From Eledone cirrhosa (taxonomy: Eukaryota), in NCBI GenBank assembly GCA_964016885.1, contig OZ024743.1:300266001-300330000 (forward strand): DNA of 64,000 nt. The letters run 5' to 3'. The notes beneath the pieces are model-generated. The model was not told the DNA's origin and ran no database searches. It saw only the letters and a program-made list of their open reading frames with translations. The position numbers were made by a program, and so were the translations under genes. This document shows positions 1 to 15,480 of the stretch, in pieces. The stretch's first letter is position 1. Each line of letters opens with the position of its first letter.

Positions 1-846
1 AATATTTAAGTGCGAAAGATAGAGCATTGTTGAGAAGTGAAGGCGAAATAGAAGAATAGTAGCTGGCAATATCAAATTGAACAAATTTTAGTTTGTTTTT
101 ATTATTCAATTTGTTGAACCAGCCAATCACTTCAGAAGTACCAAACCATACATTTAAGTTCAAAGAAGAGCAATTAGAACGAACCTGTGGGATAATTCTA
201 TCCAAGATGGCTTTACTAACAACCCCCAGATCTGATTTAGAGGGGGCGATTAATCTAACAGGTAATTCAGTGCGAAAATTGTTTTTGTGATCCTCGGAGT
301 TCTTGGGAGGAATGTTTCGGTCTTTTTTCCGATGCCAAGTTTTGACATAATCTCAGAGGCTTCAAAGTTTATGGATTCTAAATTATCATGGTTGGTTTTA
401 TGATATTTTTTCCTAAGTTCCTTTAGGATAAGGTTGTTATAATTATCCTTCGAAATACCATATACATTATTGGTTTTGTCAGAGGGGACTAAAACATTTT
501 TTGAGGAATTTAGGTTTGAAATTGTGTTCTTGAGATTTACAAGGTGCTCTTGTCCTTTGTAAGGGTATCTCTTGAATTTAAGATTTTTTATAATATTTGT
601 TAACTCTTCCTGGAATTGCACTAGATTTTTGTTGGAAGGAGGATTTCTTCTAGAGTTAAATAGATGATCGATGAAGTTATGTTCCTTGGTATAGAAGTTC
701 CCTTTTAGGCGCTGGTCATAGAAATAAGCTATCCATCTAAGTTTTCTTACAAAGGAGTAAATTGTTTCAATTAGAAGTTTGGTGAATTCAGATTTACCAG
801 GTATAGGAATGTCTTTAGTTGAATTGGTTATGTTGTAATAATCCAT
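1..846 (-). pseudogene. Penelope-like element ORF, N-terminal/RT-proximal part, frameshifted near 290, runs off the window edge
   Basis: ORF 250..846 has IPIP, F-RKLRW-AYFY and SDKT-N-Y motifs that align with the PLE ORF at 45806-44773. A shifted frame continues with RLIN-PS-KSDLG and FIQFDI-like motifs. Confidence 0.85.
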
Positions 847-928
847 GTTGTAGAAGAAAAAAGGTAAAGGACCATCAAAAGGTATCCAATATGAGAGTTA
901 GCCCTCAACCGTTAAGGAGCAAGTTAAT

Positions 929-1053
929 GTAGGAGGTGAGTTTTATTGTAGTACAATATATATATATTATGTATACTCCAGTCCTACAAACTGTAGAGTG
1001 CTTCTTATCCAATATCTACATTGCTTTATTGTACTAGAATAAAACTCACCTCC

Positions 1054-1054
<1 letters not shown>
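929..1054. repeat. Short inverted repeat upstream of the PLE ORF (pLTR-end fold-back)
   Basis: taggaggtgagttttattgtagtacaata (~929-958) is the near-perfect reverse complement of tattgtactagaataaaactcacctccta (~1027-1054). Confidence 0.8.
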
Positions 1055-3000
<1,946 letters not shown>

Positions 3001-3199
3001 TAAATAAGTACTCAATAAATATACGCATATGCACAGGCACATAAAAACAGCTCTAAAGTCAGAAAATGCAGATAGGTAAGAGGTACTCACATAACCATAG
3101 TGGCCGTATTTCAGGTTGAGGTGGGGGTAGGGTAGGAAGGAGGTATAGGGGATTAAAGGAGGATGTCTTTTTAGACATCGGGCTTTAACACTGGCTTAA

Positions 3200-3618
3200 A
3201 GTATTTGAAAGTTGCAAAGTTCGTGTGCATGTAGTTCGGGCAGTGATCAGAGAGTTTGTTCAGTAGCGGGCCCTTGGCGAAAAAAATTTCGTAGCTCTCT
3301 GAGATACAAAGGTCGCAGACCTATGGTCCTCCGTTGTAAGAGCACGCTTCTCTAGTGTTTTCCATTTAAGCGTGAAAGGGGTGGAGTTCCTTTTGAGGTC
3401 CCAAACATAGGAGTCGAGTGTTGCATGGTTTGATTTGTCCGCTCTTCTGAAGGAGTGGGTATGGGCATACCAACGGATATTAAAATTATTGGAAGTCATG
3501 CCGATGTAAGTTTTTTTGTTATTGCAATCATCGGTGTCTGACTGACATCGCATTTGTATACGATGTCATTTGTGAGGCATTTGTTTTCAAGTGGGCATGC
3601 GTATCCCTCCGGCCACAT
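3200..3618 (-). pseudogene. Penelope-like GIY-YIG endonuclease C-terminal fragment
   Basis: Across frameshifts it reads CPLENKCLTNDIVYKC...KTYIGMTSNNFNIRWYAH...SYVWDLK...FTLKW. Confidence 0.85.
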
Positions 3619-3985
3619 TGTTGAACGTATATACTTACCTTATGTATATTAACGGATGAGTAGCCCAATTTGCATATCGAGTGGGTTAACCGGCCGGGTG
3701 CACCGAAAACAACAAACAGAAAAAAATGAAGCGAAATGTTATTTCCCACTCTTAGTACGGCTGGTACTTAAATATAAGTATGTACACGTACATACATATA
3801 TGTATACAGACGTACAGTAGTATGTATATATATATATACATACATGCACACACATATATATATATGTACGTATGGATTCACCGAACATTTATTATAATGC
3901 TCGGTGTGTTTGTAAACAAACATCCCGTATTAAGCCGTAGTGTCCAGCAACCATCGTTGCTCATTTATTCAACACTGACTAAGGA

Positions 3986-4028
3986 ACGCTGTACTAGTTT
4001 CAAGCTTATTAGCTATCGTTAGCAACGT
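3986..4028 (-). ncRNA. Hammerhead ribozyme family A, core mutated (CUAACGA), probably inactive
   Basis: Reverse complement: acgttg CTAACGA tagctaataagctt GAAA ctag TA cagcgt. Confidence 0.7.
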
Positions 4029-4594
4029 ATACATTCCTGCCAGATTGTTGAACGTATATACTTACCTAATGCATATTAACGGCTGAGTAGCCCAATTTGC
4101 ATATCAAGTGGGTTAATCGGCCGGGTGCACCGAAAATGATAAACGGAAAAAATGAAACGAAATTTCATTTCCACTTTTAGTACGGCTGTTACTTAAATAT
4201 AAGTATGTACACGTACATACATATATGTATACAGACGTTCAGTAGTATGTATATACATATACATGCATACATATATATATGTACGTATGGATTCACCGAA
4301 CATGTATTATAATGTTCGGTGTGTTTGTAAACAAACATTCCGTATTAAGCCGTAGTGTCCAGCAAACATCGTTGCTCGTTTGTTCAACACTATACATATA
4401 TGTATGTACGTGTACATACTTATATTTAAGTAACAGCCGTACTAAGAGTGGGAAATGAAATTTCGTTTCATTTTTTCCGTTTATCGTTTTCAGTGCACCC
4501 GGCCGATTAACCCACTCGATATGAAAATTTGGATACTTAGCCGTTAATATGCATAAGGTAAGTATATACGTTCAACAATCTGGCAGGAAGGTAT

Positions 4595-4637
4595 ACGTTG
4601 CTGACGACAGCTAATAAGCTTGAAACTAGTACAGCGT
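4595..4637 (+). ncRNA. Minimal type-I hammerhead ribozyme, family A
   Basis: acgttg CTGACGA cagct-aata-agctt GAAA ctag TA cagcgt: 6-bp stem I, 4-bp stem II, palindromic minimal stem III of the type described for PLE HHRs. Confidence 0.9.
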
Positions 4638-4843
4638 TCCTTTGTCAGTGTTGAACAAACAAGCAACGATGGTTGCTGGACACTACGGCTTAATACGGGA
4701 TGTTTGTTTACAAACACACCGAGCATTATAATAAATGTTCTATGAATCCATACGTACATATATATATGTGTGTATGTATGGATATATATATATATACATA
4801 CTACTGTACGTCTGTATACATATATGTATGTACGTGTACATAG

Positions 4844-4886
<43 letters not shown>

Positions 4887-4890
<4 letters not shown>

Positions 4891-5093
4891 AACGATTAGG
4901 ACGCCGACGGCTGAGCTCAAGCCGTTTCGACGGCTAATTCTGGACAGAATATACAAAGTCCAGAATTAGCCGTTGAAACGGCTTGAGCTCAGCCGTCGTG
5001 GTCCAACTCGTTCCTATTACCCACTCTACTACCCTAAGTATTGAGTACTTCAGTGCGTTATGACCCATCTGGTTCCTTACCACATTTCCTTGG

Positions 5094-5095
<2 letters not shown>
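4887..5095. mobile_element. Fold-back palindrome (4887-5016) plus pLTR-like tail, between (TA)n tracts
   Basis: Arms of about 60 bp around position ~4950. The tail 5011-5095 is homologous to 34011-34095. Confidence 0.75.
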
Positions 5096-5165
<70 letters not shown>

Positions 5166-5450
5166 TATAAAGTATGTCTACAGAATCATTTGATAATATA
5201 TATATATACACCATTTCCCCTCCCAATTTGCATGATTAACCACACAAAAAATCAATTAAACCAGGCTATAAGATTAAAAGGCACCTATGAAGAAATAGTA
5301 GATAAATAAACGACACCAATCTATTCGCGACCAACCGCTATAGAATATTTACCCAACACGTGGAACTCGATTAAATATACCGTCAATCATACACAATTAA
5401 GTTTAAAATTAAAGTTAGAAGAAAAAATGCATATACACATACCAGGATTA

Positions 5451-5522
5451 CATTTCTACCTTTCGCTTTTCGAAATATCCTATTAAGGATAAAATCTCGA
5501 GCTTCGAACTCATCAGGAAACA
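5451..5522 (-). ncRNA. Degenerate hammerhead ribozyme candidate
   Basis: Reverse complement: tgtttc CTGATGA gttcgaa...ttcgaaaagc GAAA gg TA gaaatg. Stem I pairs, but stem II is imperfect and stem III is too short. Confidence 0.4.
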
Positions 5523-5752
5523 AACTCATTTGGACACAGAATTTTCTTAAGTGATCCCCGCCAAAAACGAATTCAAAATAGCTAAGAACAGTGACGTGGC
5601 AGTGGTCAAGTCAGAAAGAATGCGACTGGTTGCTTACAGCGAGTGGGCTGGTTGCTAGAAAGCGCAGCCCAATATTTCCCAAATTGCATCTCAACCTTAT
5701 GGGAGATAATTAAATATAAAGATTTACATATACACAAACTAGACAAAGTCAC

Positions 5753-5816
<64 letters not shown>

Positions 5817-8800
5817 TTATACAGTTTTTCTAGCATTCGATCTCAGAGCTTATCTTGCTCAAGTGTCTTGGGGGAAGATTGTGTCATGTCTTTCTTTGTG
5901 GTTATGTTAAAAAAGTTTTCAGCATAAAATACGAAACCGAATAATTTATTTTTAGTTCGAATGTACTACCAACATTTATTGTGCTTGTTTCGCCTGTCTT
6001 CAAACATGTTTCCCCTCGTAGGAATTTGCACGCATCCTTTTTCTCAATCATATTAAAGAATGCGAAATGAAAAACAAAAAAAAAAAAAAAAGAATTATAT
6101 TTAGATTTTAGCTATACGCTGTAGTACATATGTTGTTAACAATAGCTAAAGTATATATTTATCAATATCGTCCTTACACTTTCTATTTAACAGGTTTCCA
6201 ATATATTCTGGATTCTGAAAATTCTCATAATTATATGTGACATAATTATATATTAAAGGCCACGACAACAACAGAATTCTCTTAAATGAGTTTAATGTTG
6301 TCAACATTCTAAAGTCTGTAACACTAGCTTTCTTGGGACACAAGCTGTTTTGAACATATTACCTTTGATAACCTTAGCAGGTGCTACAATGAAACACGTC
6401 TATAATATAGTATTTAATGTGTAGTTTCTTGGAGATTAAAAATAACAAGAATACTGCCGCACAAATCCCATTGTTATGTAGTAATTGCTACGCTATTAGA
6501 GATACTAGAAGTGTTCAGGCTTCGTAGGTAATGGCATTTTTATTGTTTCCTTAATCCATAGATGGAGTGCAATCAGCTAGTTTTACATTGCGGGACACAA
6601 TATAGAACTATATCTATATACTAATGTATAGATACTTTCAATTAAATGGGAAACATATTACGTTAAACGTATATAATCTATATACAACGGTCCTCATTGT
6701 TTAAATAGCCTTCGTAAAAATTGCATAAACAATTGAAATAGATAGATCAATTGGTATCATTTTCCTTCGACAAAGCTTTGGTCAATGTTTGTAAATTTAA
6801 TACACATACCTTAAGTAGAAATACAATCTATATTTGCCCTGATAATTCCGGTTATTTGTCTGAATCTAATATCATTAGTGAAGTGGTATGTTTTAAACAA
6901 CAGGCTGTGGCTTAGCGTAAATTAGGTTGCTTTGAGATCAACACATTTCCTTCCTTTTAACCATTTTCTTCCACCTCATCTCTATATATTGTATGCGTTT
7001 AAGTAGTTGAATCTGACTTGTTCAATCATGTGCATGATTCTATTTAGAAATAATCAATAAAAAAAACTTACTCAATGTTTTTAGTTCTGTGTGGGTTTTA
7101 AAAATAACAGTTAAGATCACGCTGGAGTATCCACTTAAGAGTAGATTTCAATGTTTTATTTCTAGTGAGTTACTTATTTGTAGGACCAAAGTGTTATTCT
7201 TTTTCATGCACTTTTTAAGTTACAGTTCGAGATCAAGTAAAGTAGGGGAGGTGCACAATTGTGTCTAATGTGCTAGAGATACATCTATCTAAATAGATTT
7301 TAAATGTCTCCGCAGAAAAAAAAAAATAAAAACAAAAAAAAAACCCTCATGTTCCGAAACCTTTTTCTGGATAGTTCTTAGGGCATTGGCCTAATTGCAG
7401 CCGTTAAATTACTGACTGTTGCACATGCAAGCGATTAAGAATTTGAGTATTTTGTTTCTCTAGTTTACGAATGTTTCGAAAACTAATTTTCATATATCGT
7501 CATATAAATATATTAAACTATCTTTCTAAGGGCATAATATAATGTTGCTAACAAATGAGCAGTCACGTTCACAATTGGTTAGATCTCTGATTTTCTTGTT
7601 ATCATTTTGTATATAATTGCTTTCAACATCTTCACGGTAGAACTATGATCGAGGCTTTTTGAGAGACCGGTCTAATATAAACAAGTTATCATTCAATAGG
7701 CTAAGTGAAACATAAGTTTTAAAACACGACCACGTCAATATCATGTCTATGTAAAGGGACATACTATCTTATCTTGTTTGGGGAAACGTGGTATATATCA
7801 TGTAAGTATGTATGTACTGTGTGTGTGCGTGTACACTTGGAAAGAAACACTTATTATCAGATTACTGACAGACAACAATATATAAAACGCAATAGAAGCA
7901 TATGCTGCAGTAGGTGAGGCCACTCAAAGCAGAAATTATGATCATATATCAGTGTGTAACCTTAGATAGTTGTTAAAACGGAAGACATAAACTCAAGAAC
8001 AAAAGTATGTATCTGTAAAATATTCAGGAAATTATATCGGTAATTTGCTGGATGCTATATTTTTCTGCTCAATCACTTATCGAAGACATGTACGATTTAT
8101 ATTTTTTACATTCATTTGTCCTTTCACGTCGCGTTGATTTATTATTAGTTTACTTCAGTTCATGTAAACTTAAATGGCTACCAAGAAATGCCTTAGAAAA
8201 GCAAACACTTAAATACGTATGAAAGTAGAATATTTGAAATGATTATTAATATCTAGAGTTTCTTTTCCCTTGCATCAAGTTTCAATTTGTCAGCTTTAAT
8301 GCAATTCTCCTCGAAATATGTGGTGGCATAGCATGTATTTTCTGCCCATGATACCCCATGAATTGTATTATTTGTAACTTGTAGATGAATAACCCATTTT
8401 TCATATCAGTTTCAGTGAATTTTATATGCCCTAACATGGGAATGTGAGGGGGAACTTTCGCAGAATATAGTTATCTATAATTTAGATGCTTTGGCATTTT
8501 TTCACTTTCTATACAAACTGTCCTTCTCTAATCTGATATGGTGGAAAGAAGAATCTATGCTTAGAGAAATTGCATACTCCAAAAGATGCAAACTACTAAT
8601 GTATACCAAAGTATGCTGGCTGTGAACTTAAACATTGTTTATGTTATAAATGAAAACGACTACGTTTCACTGCAATGTTAGAAAACACAAAATATATGTT
8701 TGAAAACAATTAAGTTATTGTCGGGATAAACGATGTTATTTAAATACATATTAACTACTATTTCCATCTACTACTTTGAAACTATTCTTCATTACAGGAG

Positions 8801-8950
8801 AAAGGAAATACCCAAATCAAATCCACAGGTGCATACACACACACACAGATACACTCACGTACACAATCACACACACACATTTTACACACGCACATTTTAC
8901 ACACCTCACTGTCTATCTATCTATCTCTCCCTATACATATATATATATAG

Positions 8951-9201
8951 AAGTGGTTACACAACTGTTAATTCACCATACAGAGAATAATTGTTTCACC
9001 TTAGCGGATCCTCAGCTCGTAATAGGCATGGTTATACGGAACAGCTGTTCCGTATAACCATGCCTTTACGAGGTGAGGATCCGCTAAGGTGAAACACTCG
9101 TACTCTGTATGGTGAGCTAACAGTTGTGTAACCACTACTACCTAACTCGTCCCATGGACTGAGTGCTCTACCACTACGGATATTACCTTCCAGTGGTCTA
9201 C

Positions 9202-9206
<5 letters not shown>
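8951..9206. mobile_element. Spacer-less palindrome (8951-9137, centre 9044/9045) of a pLTR-like fragment, each arm carrying a degenerate HHR (family B)
   Basis: The centre catggttatacggaacagctgttccgtataaccatg is perfectly palindromic. Arm consensus: tacgag CTGAGGA tcc-gctaa-ggt GAAA c..g TA ctc-tgta. Confidence 0.8.
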
Positions 9207-9265
<59 letters not shown>

Positions 9266-9559
9266 TTGACTAATCTGGTCGCCTAGGATCTGGAATGGTG
9301 GAAGGAGCTGCAAATTGGGGAATATCACCAATGACAAATTCACTGCAGATGAGCATTTTCCAGAGGTGCTCTTTGTGATTAGGGTGCTTTACAAACTGTG
9401 AGGATTTTAAGTTACCACTGCGTAGCACCCACCACGGTTGGAGATTTTCATTGTTATTAATGTTTTGTTAATTGGTTTTATGTAAATGCACACTGTCCTT
9501 GTTTATGTATTTTCCTTCTTGTTTCGGCCCTAGCGGACAATAAAGGGATGAATGATTAT

Positions 9560-9561
<2 letters not shown>

Positions 9562-9648
<87 letters not shown>

Positions 9649-9674
9649 TGTAGTAGTAGTAATTGGTAGTAGTG

Positions 9675-9732
<58 letters not shown>

Positions 9733-9743
9733 CAGCAGCAGCA
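9562..9743. repeat. (AGT)n/(AGC)n trinucleotide microsatellite
   Basis: Seen directly. Confidence 0.97.
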
Positions 9744-9927
9744 GATACACCATTCATGGTACATTGAAAAATCAAGAGGTAAGCATTAAGAAGTAAACAT
9801 ATATGCTAAAACATTACCACATATAACGGCTTTATTGGAATTTTAATGTCAGAGTTAATATCTGCATACAGACTTTGAAGCCATGGAATACATTATGTTA
9901 TGGATAACTGAAGAGAATATCTACTTA

Positions 9928-9997
<70 letters not shown>

Positions 9998-10154
9998 TGT
10001 ATATACAAACACATATATATATTTATATATATATAAGTTTATAAATATATATATGTATATATCTATGTATATATATATATAGGTATATACGTATATATAT
10101 ATATATATATAGAGAGAGAGATATATATATGTATATATATATATATATGTACAT

Positions 10155-10255
<101 letters not shown>

Positions 10256-10283
10256 CTTATATATATATGTATTTATATATATG

Positions 10284-10356
<73 letters not shown>

Positions 10357-10681
10357 GTATATGTGTTTAGACATAAATGTTTTTACGGTTATCTAGGCAA
10401 TATTGATATTATGTGTGCTATTTCTATTAAACATTCCTATGCTATAGACAATGGTTTAGAATATATCATGCATTTATTTAAATATTCAGCTTCATTTTAT
10501 TTTGAAATGCCAATTTATTTCAAGTAAACTTATACGCGCCACACAAATACACACACGGAAACCAATACACGCACAGATACACACACACAGACACACACAC
10601 ACAGATACACACACACACACATATATATATACATATACGACTATATAGAAATATATATATATATGTGCATATGCGGACACG

Positions 10682-10719
<38 letters not shown>

Positions 10720-10720
<1 letters not shown>

Positions 10721-11794
10721 CAAAAACATGGGGAGAAGAATACTGCATGGTTGCACATGGATTACATATTATAAAATTAGTCCCTCATCAGTGATTTGCC
10801 AACGATCATTGGTATTTCATCGCATTAAAAATCATATACCTCAGGTTGGTGCGAGCAATAACTAAAATAAGCTATTGGGACAAGTGAGTCGCGTAAAGCG
10901 AGTGAGACAAGTAAACAACATAGAAGGAAAAGCTAACCGAAGATGGGAAGAAAAACAAGCAACATGGTTATCCAATCAGCTTAACCTGGGTGAATTTCAT
11001 GAGCGCTCAGAAAACAGACCTTTCGCTGTGAATGGGATGTGAGAAAGAAATAAACCCACTCCTAGCGAACGGGAGGAAGTGAGAAGGGGAGAAACAGAGA
11101 GTGAGAGAGTGGAAGTGCGAGGAAGTCGAGAGAAAGTGTTAACTGACAGAGGGGACGAAAGAAGGTAAGAGAAACAGAGAGAACGGGGGAGCAGTAAATG
11201 AGAAATATATATATATAACATGTTATCCATGTGCAACCAGCAGTATTCTTCTCACCCATATTTTCATATATTTACCCAAACTGCAATTCTGTGTTTCTCT
11301 CTTTCTCTCTTACTGTTCCCTTGTTCTCTCTGTTTCTCTTACTTTCTTTCGTCCCCTCTGCCATGTCAGTTAACTCTGTCTCTCTACTGACCTCTTCCCC
11401 GCACTCCCACTCACTCAGTCCCTGTTTCTCCCCTTCTTTCTTCCTCCCGTTCGCTGGGAAAAGGGTTTTCATTCTTTCTAACACCGGATTCACTAGCGAA
11501 AGGTCTGTTTTCTGACTCGCTCATATATTCACACATCTTATGCTGAAAGAATAACTATGTTGCTTGTGTTTATTTCCATCTTCGGTTAGCTTCCCCCTGT
11601 GTTGTTTACTTGTCTCACTCGCTTTACGCGTTTCTATTGTCCTAATAACTGATTTTAGTTATTATCGCTCCAACGTGAGGTATATGATTTTTAATGCGAT
11701 GAAATACCTATGATCGTTTGGTAAATCACTGATGAGGGACTCATTTTATAACATGTTATCCATGTGCAACCAGCAGTGTTCTTCTCACCCATAT

Positions 11795-11800
<6 letters not shown>
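10720..11800. repeat. Diverged ~0.5-kb inverted repeat pair (pLTR-like), flanked by (TA)n
   Basis: 10720-11200 is the reverse complement of ~11290-11800 (e.g. tccctcatcagtgattt / aaatcactgatgaggga). An internal direct copy of acatgttatccatgtgcaaccagcag occurs at ~11218 and ~11751. Confidence 0.75.
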
Positions 11801-11852
<52 letters not shown>

Positions 11853-11856
<4 letters not shown>

Positions 11857-12066
11857 ATAATAATAAATTTGAAGACTAAAATCCAAGAGGGCTCGATAAG
11901 GATAAATATAAATATATATCAAATATATAAGAACCGTAGAGCAAATATTTATTAAAATAACAGATTAAAGTTAAGCAAATAATCGCTGCTTTCACGCTTA
12001 ACGGGATCTTCTGAAACTCAGAAGATTCCGTTAAGGGTGAAAGCAGCGATTCTTTGCTTAAATTTT
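11853..12066. mobile_element. pLTR 3' end of the 42.6-46.8 kb PLE family, with a fold-back hairpin through its HHR (family C)
   Basis: Near-identical to 42601-42761. The hairpin is centred at ~12015, and both sides abut (TA)n. Confidence 0.8.
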
Positions 12067-12069
12067 AAA

Positions 12070-12124
<55 letters not shown>

Positions 12125-12380
12125 GAAAAAATGAAACGAAATTTCATTTCCCACTCTTAATACGGCTGTTACTTAAATACAGAGTATGTACACGTACATA
12201 CATATAAGTATACAGACGTACAATAGTATGTATATATATATATACATGCACACATATATATGTATGTATGGATTCACCGAATATTTATTATAATGCTTGT
12301 GTGTTTGTAAAAAAACATCCCGTATTAAGCCGTAGAGTCTAGCAACAATCGTTGCTCGTTTGTTTAACACTGACAAAGGA

Positions 12381-12423
12381 ACGCTGTACTAGTTTCAAGC
12401 TTATTAACTATCGTCAGCAACGT
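12381..12423 (-). ncRNA. Hammerhead ribozyme family A
   Basis: Reverse complement: acgttg CTGACGA tagttaataagctt GAAA ctag TA cagcgt. Confidence 0.85.
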
Positions 12424-12794
12424 ATTCCTTCCTGCCAGATTGTTGAACGTATATACTTACCTTATGCATATTAACGGCTGAGTACCCTAATTTGCATGTC
12501 GAGTGCGTTAATCGGCCGGGTGCACCGAAAACGATAAACGGAAAAAATAAAACGAAATTACTTGTCCCGCTCTTAGTACGGCTGTTACTTAAATATAAGT
12601 ATGTAAACGTACATACAAATATGTATACAGACGTACAGTAGTATGTATATACATACATGCACATATATATATATGTACGTATGGATTCACCGAACATTTA
12701 TTATAATGCTCGGTGTGTTTGTAAACAAACATCCCGTATTAAGCCGTAGTGTCTAGCAACCATTGTTGCTCATTTGTTCAACACTGACAAAGGA

Positions 12795-12837
12795 ACGCTG
12801 TACTAGTTTCAAGCTTATTAGCTATCGTCAGCAACGT
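12795..12837 (-). ncRNA. Hammerhead ribozyme family A
   Basis: Reverse complement: acgttg CTGACGA tagctaataagctt GAAA ctag TA cagcgt. Confidence 0.9.
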
Positions 12838-13295
12838 ATACCTTCCTGCCAGATTGTTGAAACTATATAAGTGTGTACACGTACATACATATATGTATAG
12901 AGACGTACAGCGTTCCTTTGTCAGTGTTGAACAAACGAGCAACGATGGTTGCTAGACACTACGGCTTAATACGAGATGTTTGTTTACAAACACACCCGTG
13001 CATTATAATAAATGTTCGGTGAATCCATACTTACATATATATATATGTGTGTGCATGTATGTATATATATATACACACTACTGAACGTATGTATACATAT
13101 ATGTATGTACGTGTACATACTTATATTTATGTGACAGCCGTACTAAGAGTGGGAAATGACATTTCGTTTCATTTTTTCCGTTTATCGTTTTCGTTGCACC
13201 CGGCCGATTAACACACTCGATATGCAAATTGGGCTACTCAGCCGTTAATATGCATAAGGTAAGTATATACGTTCAACAATCTGGCAAAAAGGTAT

Positions 13296-13338
13296 ACGTT
13301 GCTGACGATAGCTAATAAGACTGAAACTAGTACAGCGT
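13296..13338 (+). ncRNA. Hammerhead ribozyme family A (stem II damaged)
   Basis: acgttg CTGACGA tagctaataagact GAAA ctag TA cagcgt. Confidence 0.75.
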
Positions 13339-13473
13339 TCCTTTGTCAGTGTTGAACAAACGAGCAACGATGGTTGCTAGAAACTACGGCTTAATACGGG
13401 ATGTTTGTTACAAACACACCGAGCATTATATTAAATGTTCGGTGAATCCATACGTACATAAATATATGTGTGC

Positions 13474-13507
<34 letters not shown>

Positions 13508-13550
13508 TCTACTGTACGTCTGTATACATATATGTATGTACGTGTACATA

Positions 13551-13584
<34 letters not shown>

Positions 13585-13842
13585 TATATATATATGTGCG
13601 TGTGTGTGTGTGTGTGTGTGTGAGTCCCACTTTCTATCGGCGGTAACCGCAGTAAGTAAGGTACACAATAACATTAGATGAGTGTAAACACCCAATTTCC
13701 TATGGAAGTAGAACTATCCTTTCTTTCCAATAAACGAGTTCCAGCCCTGTAGAAGCCATTTCTATACACTACTATACTCTTCTTATCATAAATTGTATAT
13801 AACATACACAGACATACGCACATATACACATATGTGTATACA

Positions 13843-13917
<75 letters not shown>

Positions 13918-13920
13918 GAA

Positions 13921-14600
13921 TGTGAAGACTAAAATCCAAAGAGCACTCGATAAGGATAAATATATACCAAATATATAAGAACCGTAGAGCAAATATTTAT
14001 TAAAATAACAGATTAAATTTTAAGCCAAGAATCGCTGCTTTCACCTTTAACGGGATCTTCAGAAAGTAAAAAAAATAAATCTGTGAAAGCAGAAGTAAAT
14101 ATTTCGAAAAACGTTGGAACCGATGGAACACAGGAATACGATACTTCGGTTCGTGAAGACGTTCTCTGGCAATGAACGGAAACAAAGTGATGATAATACG
14201 TCGTTATGTGGTGCGAGAGAACAATTGCACGCAAAGAGAAAACCACGTATAGTGTATAAATAAGGACGTACACTAATATTCTATTTAGAAAACCGAATGA
14301 TTCTCGGCTTCAGAGTTAAGCATACTGTAAATAAATTAGTAGAACGAATATGACAGGTTATTAAAAACAATAATAATTAAATATATACATACACTCATCT
14401 ATATACGTACATACCTCGTGCAAACGCAAAAACACCCGCCATGCATGCATAAACATGCACGTACACATAAACACGCGCACACATACACAAATCCGTACGA
14501 CACATGTACCCACAAACAAAAGAAACCTATAAACCAAATACACATTAAACATATATATATATGTGCGTATGTGTGTATATACATATAATTATATAATACA
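13921..14600 (-). mobile_element. Diverged solo pLTR of the 42.6-46.8 kb PLE family; HHR family C at 14017-14067 with canonical CUGAAGA
   Basis: Homologous to 42617-43400. HHR reverse complement: acttt CTGAAGA tcccgttaaaggt GAAA gcagcgattcttggc TT aaaat. Confidence 0.8.
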
Positions 14601-14759
14601 CTCTGTCTAGCTCTGCACCTCGACACTGAAGTGAACCTAAACATCGAGTGCTCACCCGGGTGAACCTACAGTAACTCCAAGTTACACTCCCTGCATATTC
14701 ATACATAAGTTTGAATAATCCCTAACATATTTCCACTATCCAGTGAATTTCCAACCGAT

Positions 14760-14999
14760 AAGGCATGATTTTCATATGTACGTCTCTATTCATAAAATAA
14801 ACCTTGTATTTTATCTGATGAAAGAGTACCAATGTTGTCTTGGTTGCCCTTGATATATATATAATAAAATAAATATGGATTTATAAATATAGTTTCCATT
14901 TATTTAATATAATTGAATATTTACTCCAGTAGCCGGTTAAATGCTCTAAATCAGTTATAAACATTTATGTTTTTCGGACTTCCAACAAATTATATACAA

Positions 15000-15002
<3 letters not shown>
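14760..15002 (+). mobile_element. Diverged pLTR 3' end with mutated HHR family E (14807-14871, GAAA to GATA)
   Basis: Homologous to 22800-23010; stem I is tattttat/ataaaata. Confidence 0.7.
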
Positions 15003-15032
<30 letters not shown>

Positions 15033-15129
15033 TAGCAGCGGTACCCGGCGTTGCCCGCTATAACTCTCAATAGAGTAGTCGTTCAAATGAACCGGAAAAC
15101 TTCCGTTAAACACGACTATAGAAGTAATA

Positions 15130-15480
15130 AGGTATGTGTGTTGGCCTTAAAAAAGGCATTTGAACGTTCACTTTGAAATATCTCTGCGGCGGTGCTGCCA
15201 GAAAAGACGAAACCGATGGAAACAATTTAAAGTTGGTCGCCCTAAAAAGAGCATTCGATCGTTCACACTTATAAGTCTCAGTGGCGGTGCTGCCAGCAAA
15301 GACGAATCCAGCGATAACAATTTATAGTTGGTGGCCCTCAAGAGGACTTTTTAACATTCACATTGATATATCCCTTAATATATTGGTGTGACGTATTTGC
15401 TTTTCTTGTTATTTGAGATTGTAACCTAGAAAAGCATGTAACAGTCGGTGGCCACAAAAACGGCATGCTGGAATGTCAAC
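15130..15480. repeat. Diverged ~95-100 bp tandem repeats in the Helitron 3' region
   Basis: Recurring blocks ttggt(g/c)gccct...gcattt/cga.cgttcac...ggcggtgctgccag at ~15140, ~15233 and ~15328. Confidence 0.6.

Larger units (their letters stand above)
3617..4845. mobile_element. ~425-bp HHR-bearing repeat (family A): ~1.8 tandem copies followed by an inverted copy
   Basis: attgttgaacgtatatacttacc recurs at 3617 and 4044; 4391-4845 is the reverse complement; the same family occurs at 12121-13555. Confidence 0.85.
12121..13555. mobile_element. Second family-A cluster: tandem copies (12121-12862) then inverted tandem copies (~12905-13555)
   Basis: Same ~415-425 bp unit as 3617-4845; flanked by (TA)n. 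Confidence 0.85.

Noticed and set aside
9263-9450. GC-richer unique segment resembling an exon
   Set aside because: No recognisable protein motif, clear splice sites or partner exons.
11725-11765. CTGATGAggga in the 10.7-11.8 kb inverted repeat (also CTGACGA on the minus strand at ~22077-22083)
   Set aside because: No GAAA follows the putative stem II.
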